From the NCBI RefSeq assembly GCF_006345805.1, contig NC_043008.1:22630001-22694000 (forward strand): a stretch of DNA of 64,000 nt, in the 5' to 3' direction. A program made the position numbers and the translations under genes. This document shows, piece after piece, positions 39,160 through 52,180 of this stretch. Source of the stretch: Octopus sinensis (taxonomy: Eukaryota). The notes beneath the pieces were generated by a model. The model saw only the letters and a program-made list of their open reading frames with translations. It had not been told where the DNA came from and did no database searches. How positions within the stretch are numbered: position 1 is the stretch's first letter; each line of letters begins with the position of its first letter.

Positions 39160-39720
39160 TGTGTACACACACATGCATATACATAAATACATGCATGCAT
39201 GCATGCATACATGCATACATGGATGTATACATACATACATGCATAATACATGCACTCATACAGACATGCATGCATACATGTATACATACATGCATGCATG
39301 CATACATATATACATGCATACATGCATACATGCATACATGCATTCATACATGCATTCATACAGACATGCATGCATACATACATGTATACATACATACATA
39401 CATGCATGCATACATACATACATACATACATACATACATGCATAATACATGCACTCATACAGACATGCATGCATACATGCATACATGCATTCATACATAC
39501 ATACATGCATGCATACATGCATACATACATGCATACATACATGCATACATACATACATGTATACATACATACATGCATACATACATGCATACATACATGC
39601 ATACATACATGCATACATACATACATGTATACATACATACATGCATTCATACAGACATGCATGCACACATAGATGTATACATACATGCATGCATACATGC
39701 ATACATACATGCATACATAC
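39160..39720. repeat. Compound (CATA)/(CATG) microsatellite with a ~200-bp higher-order duplication
   Basis: The cataatacatgcactcatacagacatgc module occurs at about 39242 and 39441. Confidence 0.85.
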
Positions 39721-40290
39721 GACAGGTTTCTTTCAGTTTTCATCTCTGAAATCCACTCACAAGGCTTTGCTCAGCCCAAGACTATAGTAGAAGACACTTG
39801 CTGAAGGTGCCACGCAGCGGGACTGAACCCAGAACCATGCGGTTGAGAAACCAGCTTTTTAACACACGACCACGTTTACTCTTACTCTTTTTTTCTTTTT
39901 ACTTGTTTCAGTCATATTTGACTGTGGCCATGCTGGAGCACCACCTTTAGTTGAGCAAATCGACCCCTGGACTTATTCTTTGTAAGCCTAGTACTTATTC
40001 TATCGGTCCCTTTTGCCTAACCGCTAAGTTACAGCAACGTAAACACACTACCATTGGTTGTCAAGCGATGTTGGGGGGACAGATACAGACACACAAACAT
40101 ATACACACACATACATATCCATATACATACATACGATGAGCTTCTTTCAGTTTCCGTCTACCAAATCCACTCACAAGGCTTTGGTCGGCCTGAGGCTATA
40201 GCAGGAGACACTTGCCTAAGGTGCCACTGAGTGGGACTGAACCCGGAACAATGTGGTTGGCAAGCAAGCTACTTACCACACAGCCACGCG
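39718..40290 (-). mobile_element. SINE family A: head-only copy (39718-39870) plus full copy (39880-40290)
   Basis: Matches to the consensus. Confidence 0.8.
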
Positions 40291-40805
40291 TACGCTATTT
40301 ATTATTTTATTTATTAATCTATTCTAAATTCTGAACTCTAAAACCCACAAGAAGTGCATCATTTATTGGTACTTTCTGGTTATCTGATCCCCATTAAAAA
40401 ATCCCCACTAAAAAATTTAGCTTATGTGGCAACAAGACATTGGATTAAAAGAGTTAGATCCTTCTGATTCAATACTTCAACACATTGTTGACGTTTGGCA
40501 TGGTATGATTTGTTATAAAAAATGTTATCAGATTCTGTATGACGTTTAATTTTTTTCAACTTGCATGTTTATTAATCATTTCAGTTTTGTATGATTTGCT
40601 ATAAAAATATTATCAGATTCAATAAGATGTTTCATCTTTTCACATTTCATGTTTATTAATTCCTCGCCCCCTTTTTTTCTTTTGTTTTATTGGGGGTTAA
40701 CAATTTTTTTTTTAGTTGTGGGAGATAACCAAAAGTACCGATATTTCTCATAAAACGTTGAGAGATAACCCAATTTTTTAATGGGTGGGGTGAGATAACC
40801 AAAAA

Positions 40806-41137
40806 TTATTCTTTGTAAGCCCAGTACTTATTCTATCGGTTTCTTTTGCCGAACTACTAAGTTACGGGGACGTAAACACACCAGCATCGGTTGTCAGGCG
40901 ATGTTGGGGGGAAAAACACAGACACATAAAGACACACACACACGCACACACACACACATACATATACATATATACGACAGGCTTCTTTCAGTTTCCATCT
41001 GCTAAATCCACTCACAAGGCTTTGGTTGGCTCGAGGCTACAGTAGAAGACACTTGCTCAAAGTGCCAAGCAATGGGACTGAACCTGGAATCATGTGGTTG
41101 GTTAGCAAACTACTTACCCCACAGCCACTCCTGCACC
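40806..41137 (-). mobile_element. SINE family A, 3'-truncated
   Basis: Partial match. Confidence 0.8.
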
Positions 41138-41670
41138 TCTTTTACCATGTTCACGGAATAAAAAACAAAATAGTTTGAAAGACGTCGAAATCCAAAATAT
41201 TGACGCGAAGAGACATAACAAGGGAAGTAACTCTTTAAACTTACATCGTCAGTTTTTCACCTTACATTTACTTGTATATTTTTCTTTTAAATTATTTTTA
41301 TATTCCTGAATTGTACTTTTTCGCCTCATTTTACTTTTATTTTTTATTTTACCTGTTTTAGTTATTGGACTGGGTCATGCTGGAGCATTGCTTTGAAGGA
41401 TTTTAGTGGAACAGATCAATCTCGGTACATATTCTTTCAATTTTGTTTGCTGAAACGGGAACGTAAACAAACCAGTATTGGTTGTCAGGCGTGTGGGTAG
41501 AGAAATGAGGTAAACAGACAGATACACATCATCTGATATTTCAGTATTTTGATGGTTATAAGAGAGATTGGTTGGCAGAGTTGTAAGAACATCAAACAAG
41601 ATGTCTTACTCTTTTACCTGTTTCTGTCATTTTGACTGTGGCCATGCTGGAGCACCATACATACATACAT

Positions 41671-41741
<71 letters not shown>

Positions 41742-41830
41742 ATATATATATAAAGTTAATCCAAACAAGAAAGCACAAAAAAACACAACAACGCGAGGAC
41801 GTGGAACAAATATAGTATTATTGGACGCTC

Positions 41831-41861
<31 letters not shown>

Positions 41862-42084
41862 TACATATATAAATCCAGGGATCAAGGTGTAGGAAGAAAG
41901 TCAGCTTCCTGCAATCCATAGCAAATATTAAAAAAGAACTTACAGGGAAAATAGTGGTTTATTGTAATGGAAGGTTGAGGATTTTTTTCACATCAAAATA
42001 CGATAAATTGGAAAAAGTTCTTTCTATATTCCACGGTAAGCGACCAGGTTTGCCAGGTGTGCAAATAAGAATACAAGAGTTACA

Positions 42085-42305
42085 GATCCGGGCTGCAAAT
42101 GTTTCATAGTGAGTGGAACTTCAGAAGTGGTAAAAATCCAAGCAAGCTGTTCTCTTCCATGCACCAACATGTACCTCCTTGTGACAATGCAACCTTTAAT
42201 TTCATCAAGATATCCTTGGCTTGAAGAGTAGCCAGCGGTATACACCTTGCTTGGATTTTTACCACTTCTGAGGTTCCACTCACCATGAAACATTTAGCCT
42301 GGATC
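42085..42305. repeat. ~60-bp inverted repeat pair (MITE-like)
   Basis: 42085-42146 is about the reverse complement of 42246-42305. Confidence 0.65.
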
Positions 42306-42572
42306 TTACCTATTCCATTTTGTAACTCTTGTGTGTGTGTATGTATGTGTGTGTGTGTGCCATGCGGTAGGATTGAACCCAAAGCCACTAGGTTGCAATG
42401 TGGGCTTTTTAACCAAACATTCATTTCTGTGCCTGAATATACAAACATAAAATGTTTATTATGTTATCATGTTTTGACAATCCAACTGTGACCCTCCTGT
42501 TAATATTTTGGAAGACATTGTTCCCAACTTCAGGACTTTTAAAATACAATGGTTAAGGTTAAACACAAAGAC

Positions 42573-42623
<51 letters not shown>

Positions 42624-43539
42624 AGAAAGTGGGAGAGAGAGTTTGTAAACTGACAGAAGAGGAAAAATTTGGTTATTCCACTGATAAAGTAACTGTTTTG
42701 TCATGAATCTCCTTCCTCTGTCTGTCTGTATGTATGTATGCATGTATGTCCATCTGTATGTGTCTGTATGTCTGTCTGTCTACCTGTCTGTCTGTCTGTC
42801 TGTCTGTCAGTCTGTCTGTATGTATGTATGTATGTCCATCTGTATGTGTCTTTCTGTATGTCTGTCTGTCTGCCTGTCTGTCTGACTGTATGTATGTCCA
42901 TCTGTATGTGTTCTGTCTGTCTGTATGTATGTCCATCTGTATGTGTCTGTCTGTCTGTCTGTCTGTCTGTATGTATGTCCATCTGTATGTGTCTGACTGT
43001 ATGTCTGTCTGTATGTCTGTCTGTCTATCTGTCTGTCTGTCTGCCTGTCTGTGTATCTGTCAATCTTTCTCTCCATCTCCCTTTCCCTCACTCTCTCCCC
43101 CTCCCTCACTCTCTCCCCCTCCCTTTCTTTCCTCATCCCCCCACTCTCTCTCTCCTCCCCTCTCATTGGCTTTAAGCATATGCTTGCTATTCAGCCCTGT
43201 CTTTATTGTAAGACAAGGTTGTTGTTGTTTTTTTTTGAAGTGTTTATTATTTTTTATTTTCTTCAATTTTTTTTTTTTTTTATCTTTCTGAAGTATAAAA
43301 CCTTAAAACTATGTTGGTCATCAGGTTTAAAAAATAGTCAGGGGGTGGGGTTGTTACTGGGCTGCTTTCACAGAGTAGGTCAAACCATTATCTGACCACT
43401 TGCTGTTATATTGTGTGGGTCAGACTTACTATTTGGTTGCTGGCTGAGGCAGCAGACTAAGCTGTTTATTTGTTTGTTTGTTTATTTAATTATTTGATTA
43501 TCTATTTTTTTTTTTTTCAAACTTCATTGTACTTTCTAT

Positions 43540-43935
43540 ACTCTTTTACTTGTTTCAGTCATATGACTGCGGCCATGCTGGAGCACCATGCGGCCATGCT
43601 GGAGCACCAGCAAATCGACCCCCCAGGACTTATTCTTTGTAAGCACAGTACTTATTCTATCGGTCACTTTTGCCGAACCGCTAGGTTACAGGGACGTAAA
43701 CACACCAGCATCGGTTGTCAAGCGATGTTGGGGAACAAACACAGACACACAGACATACACACACACATACATATATATACATATATACGACAGGCTTCTT
43801 TCAGTTTCCATCAACCAAATCCACTCACAAGGCTTTGGTCGGCCTGAGGCTATAGTAGAAGACACTTGCCCAAGGTGCCATACAGTGGGACTGAACCCGG
43901 AACAAACTGCTTACCACGCAGCCACTCCTACACCT
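43540..43935 (-). mobile_element. SINE family A with an internal ~20-bp duplication
   Basis: tgcggccatgctggagcacca occurs twice. Confidence 0.8.
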
Positions 43936-44344
43936 ATTGTTATCTTTTATCTTTTAACTTGTTTCTGTCATTAGACTGCGGCCATGCTGGGGCACTGCTT
44001 CCAGGAATTTTTAGTTGACATCTGTATTTTTTTTAAGCTTGGCACTTATTGTGCCAGTCTCTTTTGCTGACGCTAAACTACAGGAACATAAACAAACCAA
44101 CACCAGTTGGTAAGCAGTGGGAAGTGGCGGGGGGGGGCAAAGAAACCAACACAAGGACATACACAAACACACACACACACAAATGTGGCTGTGTGATAAG
44201 AAGCTTGCTTCCCAACCACATGGTTCAGGGTTCAGTCCCACTGCATGGCACCTTGGGCAAGTGTTTCTACTATAGCCTTGGGCCGACCAAAGATTTGTGA
44301 GTGGATTTGGTTGATGGAAACTGAAAGAAGCCCATTGTGTATAT

Positions 44345-45158
44345 ATAGGGTGTGATGGTAAATCGTTGTCATTTTACAATTTTAATTTCGTGCATGTGCA
44401 TTGTTTGTTTTTGATTTTGTTGACTACACAGTATAGTAGGGTCAGTTGAGCACTGTCTGTGAGAAAAACAGCACCATACTACAATTCACTCTGCCAGAAA
44501 TTTGGAAATGACATGTTGTACTGCTTAGCATTCATGCCAGAAGCTCTAATATGAACATTTCAGAACGTTTGGGTGTCAATCTGAGGTATGTACAGAGAGA
44601 GATAAATATCAAACATCCAGTCAACATCATAGTGTTTGGAGTGATCACTAGTGTTGGCAACGTTATGCCTCCATTCATCTTTCCACACAGCCTCACACTC
44701 AACACGGAGGACTACATCAAAGTGCCTAGAGGAGGTGGTGCTGCCCTGAGTCAAAAGGGTGGCTGCTGGAAGACCCTCTGTCTGGCAACAAGATTCTGCA
44801 CAATGCCACACAAGTAGCAGAACCCAGTCGTGGCTGTCAGACAATTTCTGTGACCACATCACCCCTAAGATCTGGCCACCTAACTCCCCAGACTGCAACC
44901 CCCTTGATTATTATGTGTGGGGTGCAGTTGAGTGAGAAACCAACAAAACTCCTTGTAACTGAAAGCAAGGATTATGGCAGCATTCACCAACTTAAACAAG
45001 GAGATCAGCCAGAAGAGTTGCAGGAGATCATTGAAGCCAATGGCGATTTTATTGAATAAATTTATTCTTTAGTTTTTTCAGGATATTTTTATGTAATTTT
45101 GGTAAATATATCCGTTAAAATGAGGTGTCGGTGTTATTTTCATTTTTGCATAATTTAG
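44345..45158 (+). mobile_element. Tc1/mariner DD37D (maT-like) internal-deletion relic
   Basis: tagggtgtgatggtaaa TIR-like start; WQQDSAQCHTS...WPPNSPDCNPLDYYVWG has 37 residues between the two Asp. Confidence 0.8.
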
Positions 45159-45352
45159 ACCAGTGCTACTCAAAGTGGCAGTCTGTGGATATACATATAC
45201 ATATACACATACATACACATTTAATAGTGAGGAACTTTACTATATATGTATGTGTGTGGGTGTTTGTATCTCCTTGCCTTGAATTTGTGTAATAGTTGTA
45301 AATGAGTGTCCCTGTCATGCAAGCAGTGTCCATTTCTAATCTTGAGTGAAAT

Positions 45353-46584
45353 TACGAGGAGGTACCCAAAAGTAACCGGAAACGCTTTGTGTGGGACAAG
45401 CTCGTTGTAGTTCAGGCTTCTGCTGGTAGAAGCCACCCTGATGTGACCCTCAGGCATCAGCCTGCCCACAGGCGTTGTCCTGTGAGGACATACTGCCACG
45501 TGGTGCGTCTTTGTTTTGCAGTGTTTCTCCCTTGTTCGTCGATTTTTGCGATAGTTTAAACGAAGGAACAGCGTGCTTCCGTGAAATTCCGTTTTCTGCT
45601 GGGAAAAACTGCGGATGAAAGAGTTGTCATGCTTCTAACAGCTTCTAACATGCTTCTAACAGCTTACAAGGACGCTGTCATGAGCAAAACACAAATCTAC
45701 GAGTGGTTTCCACACTTCAGGAATTTTTGTAGTTTGTTTGTTCCTTCTCGAGCCATGCCTGGATCATAAGGGCCTGTTTCCCGGTTTCTTGGCGTATAGG
45801 TTCATTGCAGGTGAGCTTCAAGATGCAGGAGGAAAGAGTGAGAGAAAGTTGTGGCGAAAGAGTCAGCATAAGTTCGCCATTACCTTCTGCCAGAGCCGCG
45901 AGGAGCTTAGGTTTTTCACTCATAAACACACACATCGTCCGGTCTGAGATTCGAACCCGCGATCCCTCGACCGCGAGTCCGATGCTCTAACCACTAGGCC
46001 ATGTGTCTCCACACGCTTTAGGAATGGTTACCTGTCGCCTGAAAACCAATCTCGTTCAGGGCAACCGTCGACCACCCGAACAAATGAAAACATCATAAAA
46101 ATTCATGAACCGATCTTTCCAGGACCGTTACCGAACAATTGACGAACTTGTTGATATGGCTGGTGTGTCCTGCAGCTCCTGCCAACGAATTTTGAGCGAG
46201 GAATTGCGAATGACAAGAATTGCAGCAAAATTTGTGCCACGCTTGCTCACCGAAGTTTAAAAGCAGTCGTGACTGAATGCATTGTCGTGAACTGAAAGAA
46301 CAGTTGGAAGTTGACCCGGAACATATTGTCGAAGGCCATCAGCGGTGATGAAAGCTGGTGTTACGTTTTTGCAGATGTGGAAGAGGTGAAGATTAGTATG
46401 ACGGAGGCGTTAAAAGGTATCACTTTGCAAGAGTTCTAGTATTGCTTCCAACAGTGGAAAACACGACTGGACCGATGCATTGCTTCAAATGGAAAATACC
46501 TTGAAGACGATAAAAGTGTAAACATGTAGAACTAGGTGAAGAGAATAATATCGCAAAATTCCAGTTTCTTTTGGGTACCCCCTT
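45353..46584 (+). mobile_element. mariner element relic with TIRs, interrupted by a SINE
   Basis: TIR-like ends tacgagg..gtacccaaaag and cttttgggtaccccct; KFRFLLGK..YEWF, RIAAKFVPRLLT and ISGDESWCY. Confidence 0.8.
45725..46019 (-). mobile_element. tRNA-derived SINE family C with AGGAAT target-site duplication
   Basis: On -: tggcctagtggttagagc (A box) and gggttcgaatc (B box); aggaat at 45719-45724 and 46020-46025. Confidence 0.75.
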
Positions 46585-46764
46585 ACATATATCTAGTTAT
46601 GGAGAAATATTTCCTTACTTGGAAAATGGCAACGGTTGTTAACAGGAAAGGCATCCAGCCAAAATCTAAACAATGATGATGATGATTGTTGTACCAATAT
46701 GTTACAAGATAATAATAATTAATAATAATAATAATAATAATGATAATAATAATAACCTCAATCC

Positions 46765-48167
46765 AGCTATAAATACCAGGAAATACTTGAGGTAGATGGA
46801 ATCAAACACCACGACATGAAGGAAAAGACAAAAAGTGAATACCTGTGGCGAGTGAGAAAAATATTGGCTTCAAAGCTGATTGCCAGAAGCATACTTTCGG
46901 CAATAAACTTGCGCGCAGTCGCAGAATTTTGGTATGGCGCTGGAATCCTGAAATGAACAGAGGAGGGGCTAAAAGAGAAAGACAGGAAGTCAAGAAAGCT
47001 CCTAATTATGCACGAGTCCCATCATCCACGTACAGACACTGATCACCTATATATGAAGAGAATAAGTGTGGAAGACTGCATATGTGTTGAACTCAAGAGC
47101 CTTAATGAGATACATAGCCCAAAGTAAGGAAACCTTGCTGGTAACAGTTAGGAACGAGGGAATATTGAGAGCAGAGCAAAAAGGAAAAACAAAGGAAGAA
47201 GTAAAAAAAGGATATGAAGAAGAATTATGCAAGAAGGGAATACACAATCAATTCCATGAAGCCACAACAGAAGTTGCTGGAAAAAAATAGATGGGATTGG
47301 CTAATGAAAGGACCCCTCCCCCCCCCACACACACACACACAAAAGAGACGGAGAGCTGGCAGCGCAAGATCTAGCTTTAACCACGAATTGGAGGGTCGAC
47401 CTTAGGAATGAGCAAGTGTTGTCCCTATTGTCATCGGAGCATTGGTTCAATCCACCCAACCTGAAAAAACATTTGGAATCTTTAGAAATACCTTACAACC
47501 TAGGTGTATTGCCGCATCTGCTATAGAGTGGATGAAACCATTGCCCATATCACGAACGAATGCCCTAGACTTGCCAAAAACTGCTACAAGTTGTGGGAAC
47601 ACGATCAGATGGCGAAATGGCTACATTGGAAACTGCGAAAAGTGGGGGCTAGAGAGAGGCAAGACGTGATATGAGCACAAACCGCATAGTGTGATGGAGA
47701 CTAACAAAATCCTCTGGGATTTCCCAGTCCAAGTAGATTAGGCGCTAGAGCATAACAGACCGGACCTAGTACTGGTGGACAAGGTGCACTATATATGTTA
47801 TATAGTTGATGTTGCATGCCCCTTTGACCCACGAACAGTCAAGAAGGAAGGCGAAAAGATAGATACAAGCCTCTTAAGTACGAAATAGCCCGGGTATGGA
47901 AAATGAGGAAGGTAAAGATAGTGCCAATTATTGTTGAGTCTTTGGGAACAGTATCAGAAAGCGTCAAGAGGAATATAAAGGAAATTGGAATAGAGTGCCC
48001 AGTAGAACTGTTACAAAAGGTTTGCCTCCATGGCATGGCCAGAATGATCAGGAAAATATCAGATAGCTGAAAAGAACGAACAGCTTGGTACCGTAGGCTG
48101 CAGGTAGTAAACCCGCTACGCATGCAAGGCTCCAGGCGCTCCAACAAAACCTGTGATAAAGAGGAGA
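46765..48167 (+). mobile_element. R4/Dong-clade non-LTR retrotransposon, 3' part
   Basis: EYLWRVRKIL, then KILWDFPVQ..HNRPDLVLVDK..IVDVACPFDPR..KEGEK RLE domain; flanked by (TAA)n. Confidence 0.8.
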
Positions 48168-48224
48168 AAATAATAATAATAATTATAATAATAATGATGA
48201 TGATGATGGTTTCAAATTTTGACA

Positions 48225-48425
48225 TAAGCCCAAATATTTCAGGGGAGGGGCTAAGTCGATTACATCAGCCCCAGTGCCAGTGCTCAACTGGTACTTATTT
48301 TATCGACATCGAAAGGATGAAAGGCAAAGTTGACCTCGGCAGTATTTGAAATCAGAATGTAAAGACGGACGAAACGCCGCTAAGTACTTTGTCTGGCGTG
48401 CTAACGATTCTGCCTGCTCGCCGCC

Positions 48426-48428
<3 letters not shown>
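48225..48428 (-). mobile_element. SINE family B
   Basis: Match to the consensus. Confidence 0.75.
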
Positions 48429-48472
<44 letters not shown>

Positions 48473-48473
<1 letters not shown>

Positions 48474-48864
48474 GGAGTGGCTGTGTGGTAAGTAGCTTGC
48501 TTACCAACCACATGGTTCCGGGTTCAGTCCCACTGCGTGGCATCTTGGGCAAGTGTCTTCTACTATAGCTTCGGGCCGGCCAAAGCCTTGTGAGTAGATT
48601 TGGTAGACGGAAACTGAAAGAAGCCCGTCGTATATATGTGTATGTTTGTGTGTCTGTGTTTGTCCCCCTAGCATTGCTTGACAACCGATGCTGGTGTGTT
48701 TACGTCCTCGTAACTTAGCGGTTCGGCAAAAGAGACCGATAGATTAAGTACTGGGCTTACAAAGAATAAGTCCCGGGGTCGATTTGCTCGACTAAAGGCG
48801 GTGCTCCAGCATGGCCGCAGTCAAATGACTGAAACAAGTAAAAGAGTAAAGAGAGAGTAAAGAG
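48473..48864 (+). mobile_element. SINE family A, near consensus
   Basis: Full-length match. Confidence 0.9.
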
Positions 48865-48867
48865 AAT

Positions 48868-51040
48868 GTTTGAAATAGCATAAAACGTGGAGAAAATACT
48901 TTATGAAAGGATGAAACATTGGAATACTGAATTCGACGGAGGAAAACAAAAACTCGGAAAAATGAAGATCAAACGCAGAATATACGAAGGTGATGCTATT
49001 CATATTGGCCATTACACCGGTCACTATGATACTACGAAAAGTTAAAGTTGCTTACGATTTGGGAAAAGGAAATGGTCAGATAAATTATCTCCTTTTCATG
49101 GATGATATAAAGGTTTATGCGAAAAATAAGAAAGGTCTTGAAAGTCTTGTACGTACTATTCACGTTTTTTCGAATGATGTAGGTATGGAATTTGGGATAG
49201 AAAAGTGTGCTACATTGAAAATGAAACGAGGAAGATCTAAAAGAAGCCAGGAAATTGAAATGCTAAACGGGCAAACAATGGGAGCGGTTGAGAAAGGGCA
49301 GTGGTATAAGTACTTGGGAATACTGGAAGCAGACGAAATAAAAAATGAAGAAACGAAACAAATTACCAGCAGGGAGCACACAAGGAGAGGAAGAAAATTA
49401 TTGCAGTCAAAGCTGAATTCCAAAAGTCTTATTGAAAGCCATAAATTGAAGAGCAGTACCCTTATTCAGATATGGAGTTGGAATTATAAACTGGACCAAA
49501 TCAATATAAAGGAACTTGACAGAAAAACTAGAAAATTGTTGACAATGTACGGAGCCCACCATCCGAAAGCTGACATCAACCGGCTGTCTTTGAGAAGAGA
49601 CCAGGCTGGAAGAGGCTTAATAGTAATAGAAGAATGTGTACAGATAGGAAGGAAAAGTTTAGTAGAGTATTTATAGAGCAGCATAGAAAAACTACTAAAG
49701 ACTGAATAAAGAACAGGTGATGAAGCGCGTAATCTCTCTCTATATAAAGCTGAGGTTGTCTGTGTATGGCAGGTTTGGTAGCCTTCAACTAACACTATCT
49801 CCTCCGAGACCCTGCGGTGCAAGTTGACCAAAATTGAGAGTATGACAGAAGAAGGCTTGCTCTTCCTTCCGTAGAAGAAAAAATTCAAATCGAACCATGT
49901 TAACACCAAAAATTATTTACATCAAAAAGGTGCTTTTTTTCTGTCGCCATTTTTCGGTGTATTTCAACCAGAAAAAGGTTCACGTAAAGAGAATAACAAG
50001 CTACATAATGCAAAAGTTTTACTTTTCGAAAATTCCAATTCTAAAGGGTCGAAACAAACCCGAGCAACGCCGGCCGATACTGCTAGTAGGAGAAAAGGAC
50101 AAAAATGAAATACAAAGAGAGCACGTCAGACAGATCGAAGAGAAACCTCTGCATGGCCAATCATGGAGATCTACTGAAGACGTATATGGAACAAAATCTT
50201 GGGCTTGGTTAAAAAATGGACAATTAAAAAAAAGAAATAGGGAGCCTAACTGTTGCAGCTTAAGATCAAGCAATAAAAGCAAATAACTTGAGGAAAAATG
50301 TATATGGAGAGAATGTACCAGTGAAATATACAACTTGTGGAACTTGGAACGAGACAGTTGCACACATTGTGACAGAATGATCCAAGTTGGCGCAGGAAGA
50401 ATATAAGAAATAGAGGCATGACCAGGTTGTAAAAGTTTTACACACTGGAAACTGTGCCAGAAATGGGGATTTGAAGCTAGAAACAACATCGTACAATCAT
50501 CGAGTCGAAAGAGTACTGAAGTCGGAGAAATGTAAGATTTTTGTGGGACTTTCCTGTTCAAACGGACAAGAAGTTAGAAAACAATAGACCGGACATAACA
50601 ATTATAGATAAGGAAAAGCGAAGTTGCTTAGTAATCGACCCATCATGCCCGTTTGATCCCAGGATCGTAAAGAAAGAGGAAGAAAAGCAAAAAAAAAAAA
50701 AAAATATATATATATATACAATCCCTTAAAATTTGTAATAGGAAGAATTTGGAGCATGCGAACAGTAAAGGTCGTACCTAGAATAATTGGTTTTGGGAAC
50801 AGTATGCCAAGATACAGACAAATGGCTGAAGGAGATTGGAATAGAATGTCCTATAGATCTTCTTCAGAAAGTTTGTCTCTTAAGGACAACAAGGATTATC
50901 AGGAGGGTTCTAAGCATTTGAAGGGCTACTGAAGATTTGTGGCTGCCTAAGGTTACAAAAATGGAGCTCTTAATCATGACTTGGCCCCCAACCCGTCGAA
51001 GAGGGCATTATTTCTAAATAAGGACTGACTCGCACTGTAG
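48868..51040 (+). mobile_element. R4/Dong-clade non-LTR retrotransposon, RT plus RLE relic
   Basis: INYLLFMDDIKVYAK, YKYLGILEAD, KELDRKTRKLLTMYGAHHPKAD and WDFPVQTDKKLENNRPDITIID. Confidence 0.85.
49733..50086 (+). mobile_element. Non-autonomous Helitron-like element (354 bp)
   Basis: 5'-TC and 3'-CTAG ends, subterminal ccgagcaacgccgg hairpin, inserted between A and T with no TSD; removing it restores the LINE frame KRVIGEKD. Confidence 0.75.
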
Positions 51041-51253
51041 CGACGCGTCCAACCCAAGCCAGCATGAAAAACGGATGAAAAGGAGGAGGATCAAACACGT
51101 AAATGTGTGTGTATGCATCCGCGTATATGTGTGTGTGTATGAAGACAATTTGTTCAACAGTCCATTGGCTCTGCTAATAGGCCGCCATGTCTATCTACGT
51201 ATCTGTCGATCGATCAATCGATTTATCTGTCAATCCGATCACTCTCTCTCTCT

Positions 51254-51474
51254 AAGGCGGCGAGCTGGCAGAAACGTTAGCACGCCGGGCGAAATGCGTA
51301 GCCGTATTTCGTCTGCCGTTACGTTCTGAGTTCAAATTCCGCCGAGGTCGACTTTGCCTTTCATCCTTTCGGGGTCGATAAATAAAGTACCAGTTACGCC
51401 CTGGGGTCGATGTAATCGACTTAATCCCTTTGTCTGTCCCCTCTATGTTTAGCCCCTTGTGGGCAGTAAAGAAA
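51254..51474 (+). mobile_element. SINE family B, near consensus
   Basis: Full-length match. Confidence 0.85.
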
Positions 51475-52049
51475 TATATATATGTGTGTGTATGTGTATA
51501 TGTGAGCTCTCACACATGCATACATATATACTTGTATATATATATATGTGAGTGAATATGTGCGTGCGCAAGCGTGTAGTCTTGCATTGTACAGGATCAA
51601 GTTTTTGTTATATGTAGGCTCTCTCTCACACACACACACACACACGAACGCACGCATACATCCCAACAAAAATTTGACCCTGTACCATTGCAAGAGCGCG
51701 TGCGCGCACACAATCACACACACAAGAGTAATTCCTTTACTCCTTGCTATGGCCATCTGGATGTAGGTAGACACACCAGGGGTAGCCTTGCTGATGGCAT
51801 ATAATCATCCACTGCTGCTATTGAAGCCAACATCCCCTAACAGCCGTCCAGCAGCATCAACGCCAGCCTTTGGTCCAGATAATACTTACTGGTCATTTAA
51901 AATTTCACGTGTTTCCACCGTCCTCTCTCTCTCTCTTTCTTTCACATACATATATATATCTACGTACGTGCAAGCAGTCACACCATTCATGGTTCGCACT
52001 ACACAAAACAAAACAAATAAATGAATAAAAAAAAATTTAAAAAAGCGAG

Positions 52050-52180
52050 ATTTTGTGACGTCAGAAGGTAACGAATTCATCACCCGCTCAGGACTTCAGC
52101 CAGTGTCACTTTCCGGTCAGTCGCTCATAAAATATATATATATATAAGAGAAAGTGGCCAGTCCCGAGTGAAAATGGCGG
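52050..52180 (+). promoter_or_regulatory. Putative proximal promoter of the NHL gene
   Basis: Perfect CRE TGACGTCA at 52056-52063, imperfect ETS-like actttccggt at 52108-52117, YY1-like AAAATGGCGG over the ATG (52171-52180). Confidence 0.5.

Noticed and set aside
1598-43291. Many ORFs rich in YI, CV, HT, MYVC, poly-I, poly-M, poly-S or poly-D
   Set aside because: They are translations of (TA), (CA), (CATA), (GATA) and (CAT) microsatellites.
45900-46010. tRNA gene
   Set aside because: The A and B boxes are present but no full cloverleaf forms; it is the head of a SINE with a TSD, inserted in a mariner.
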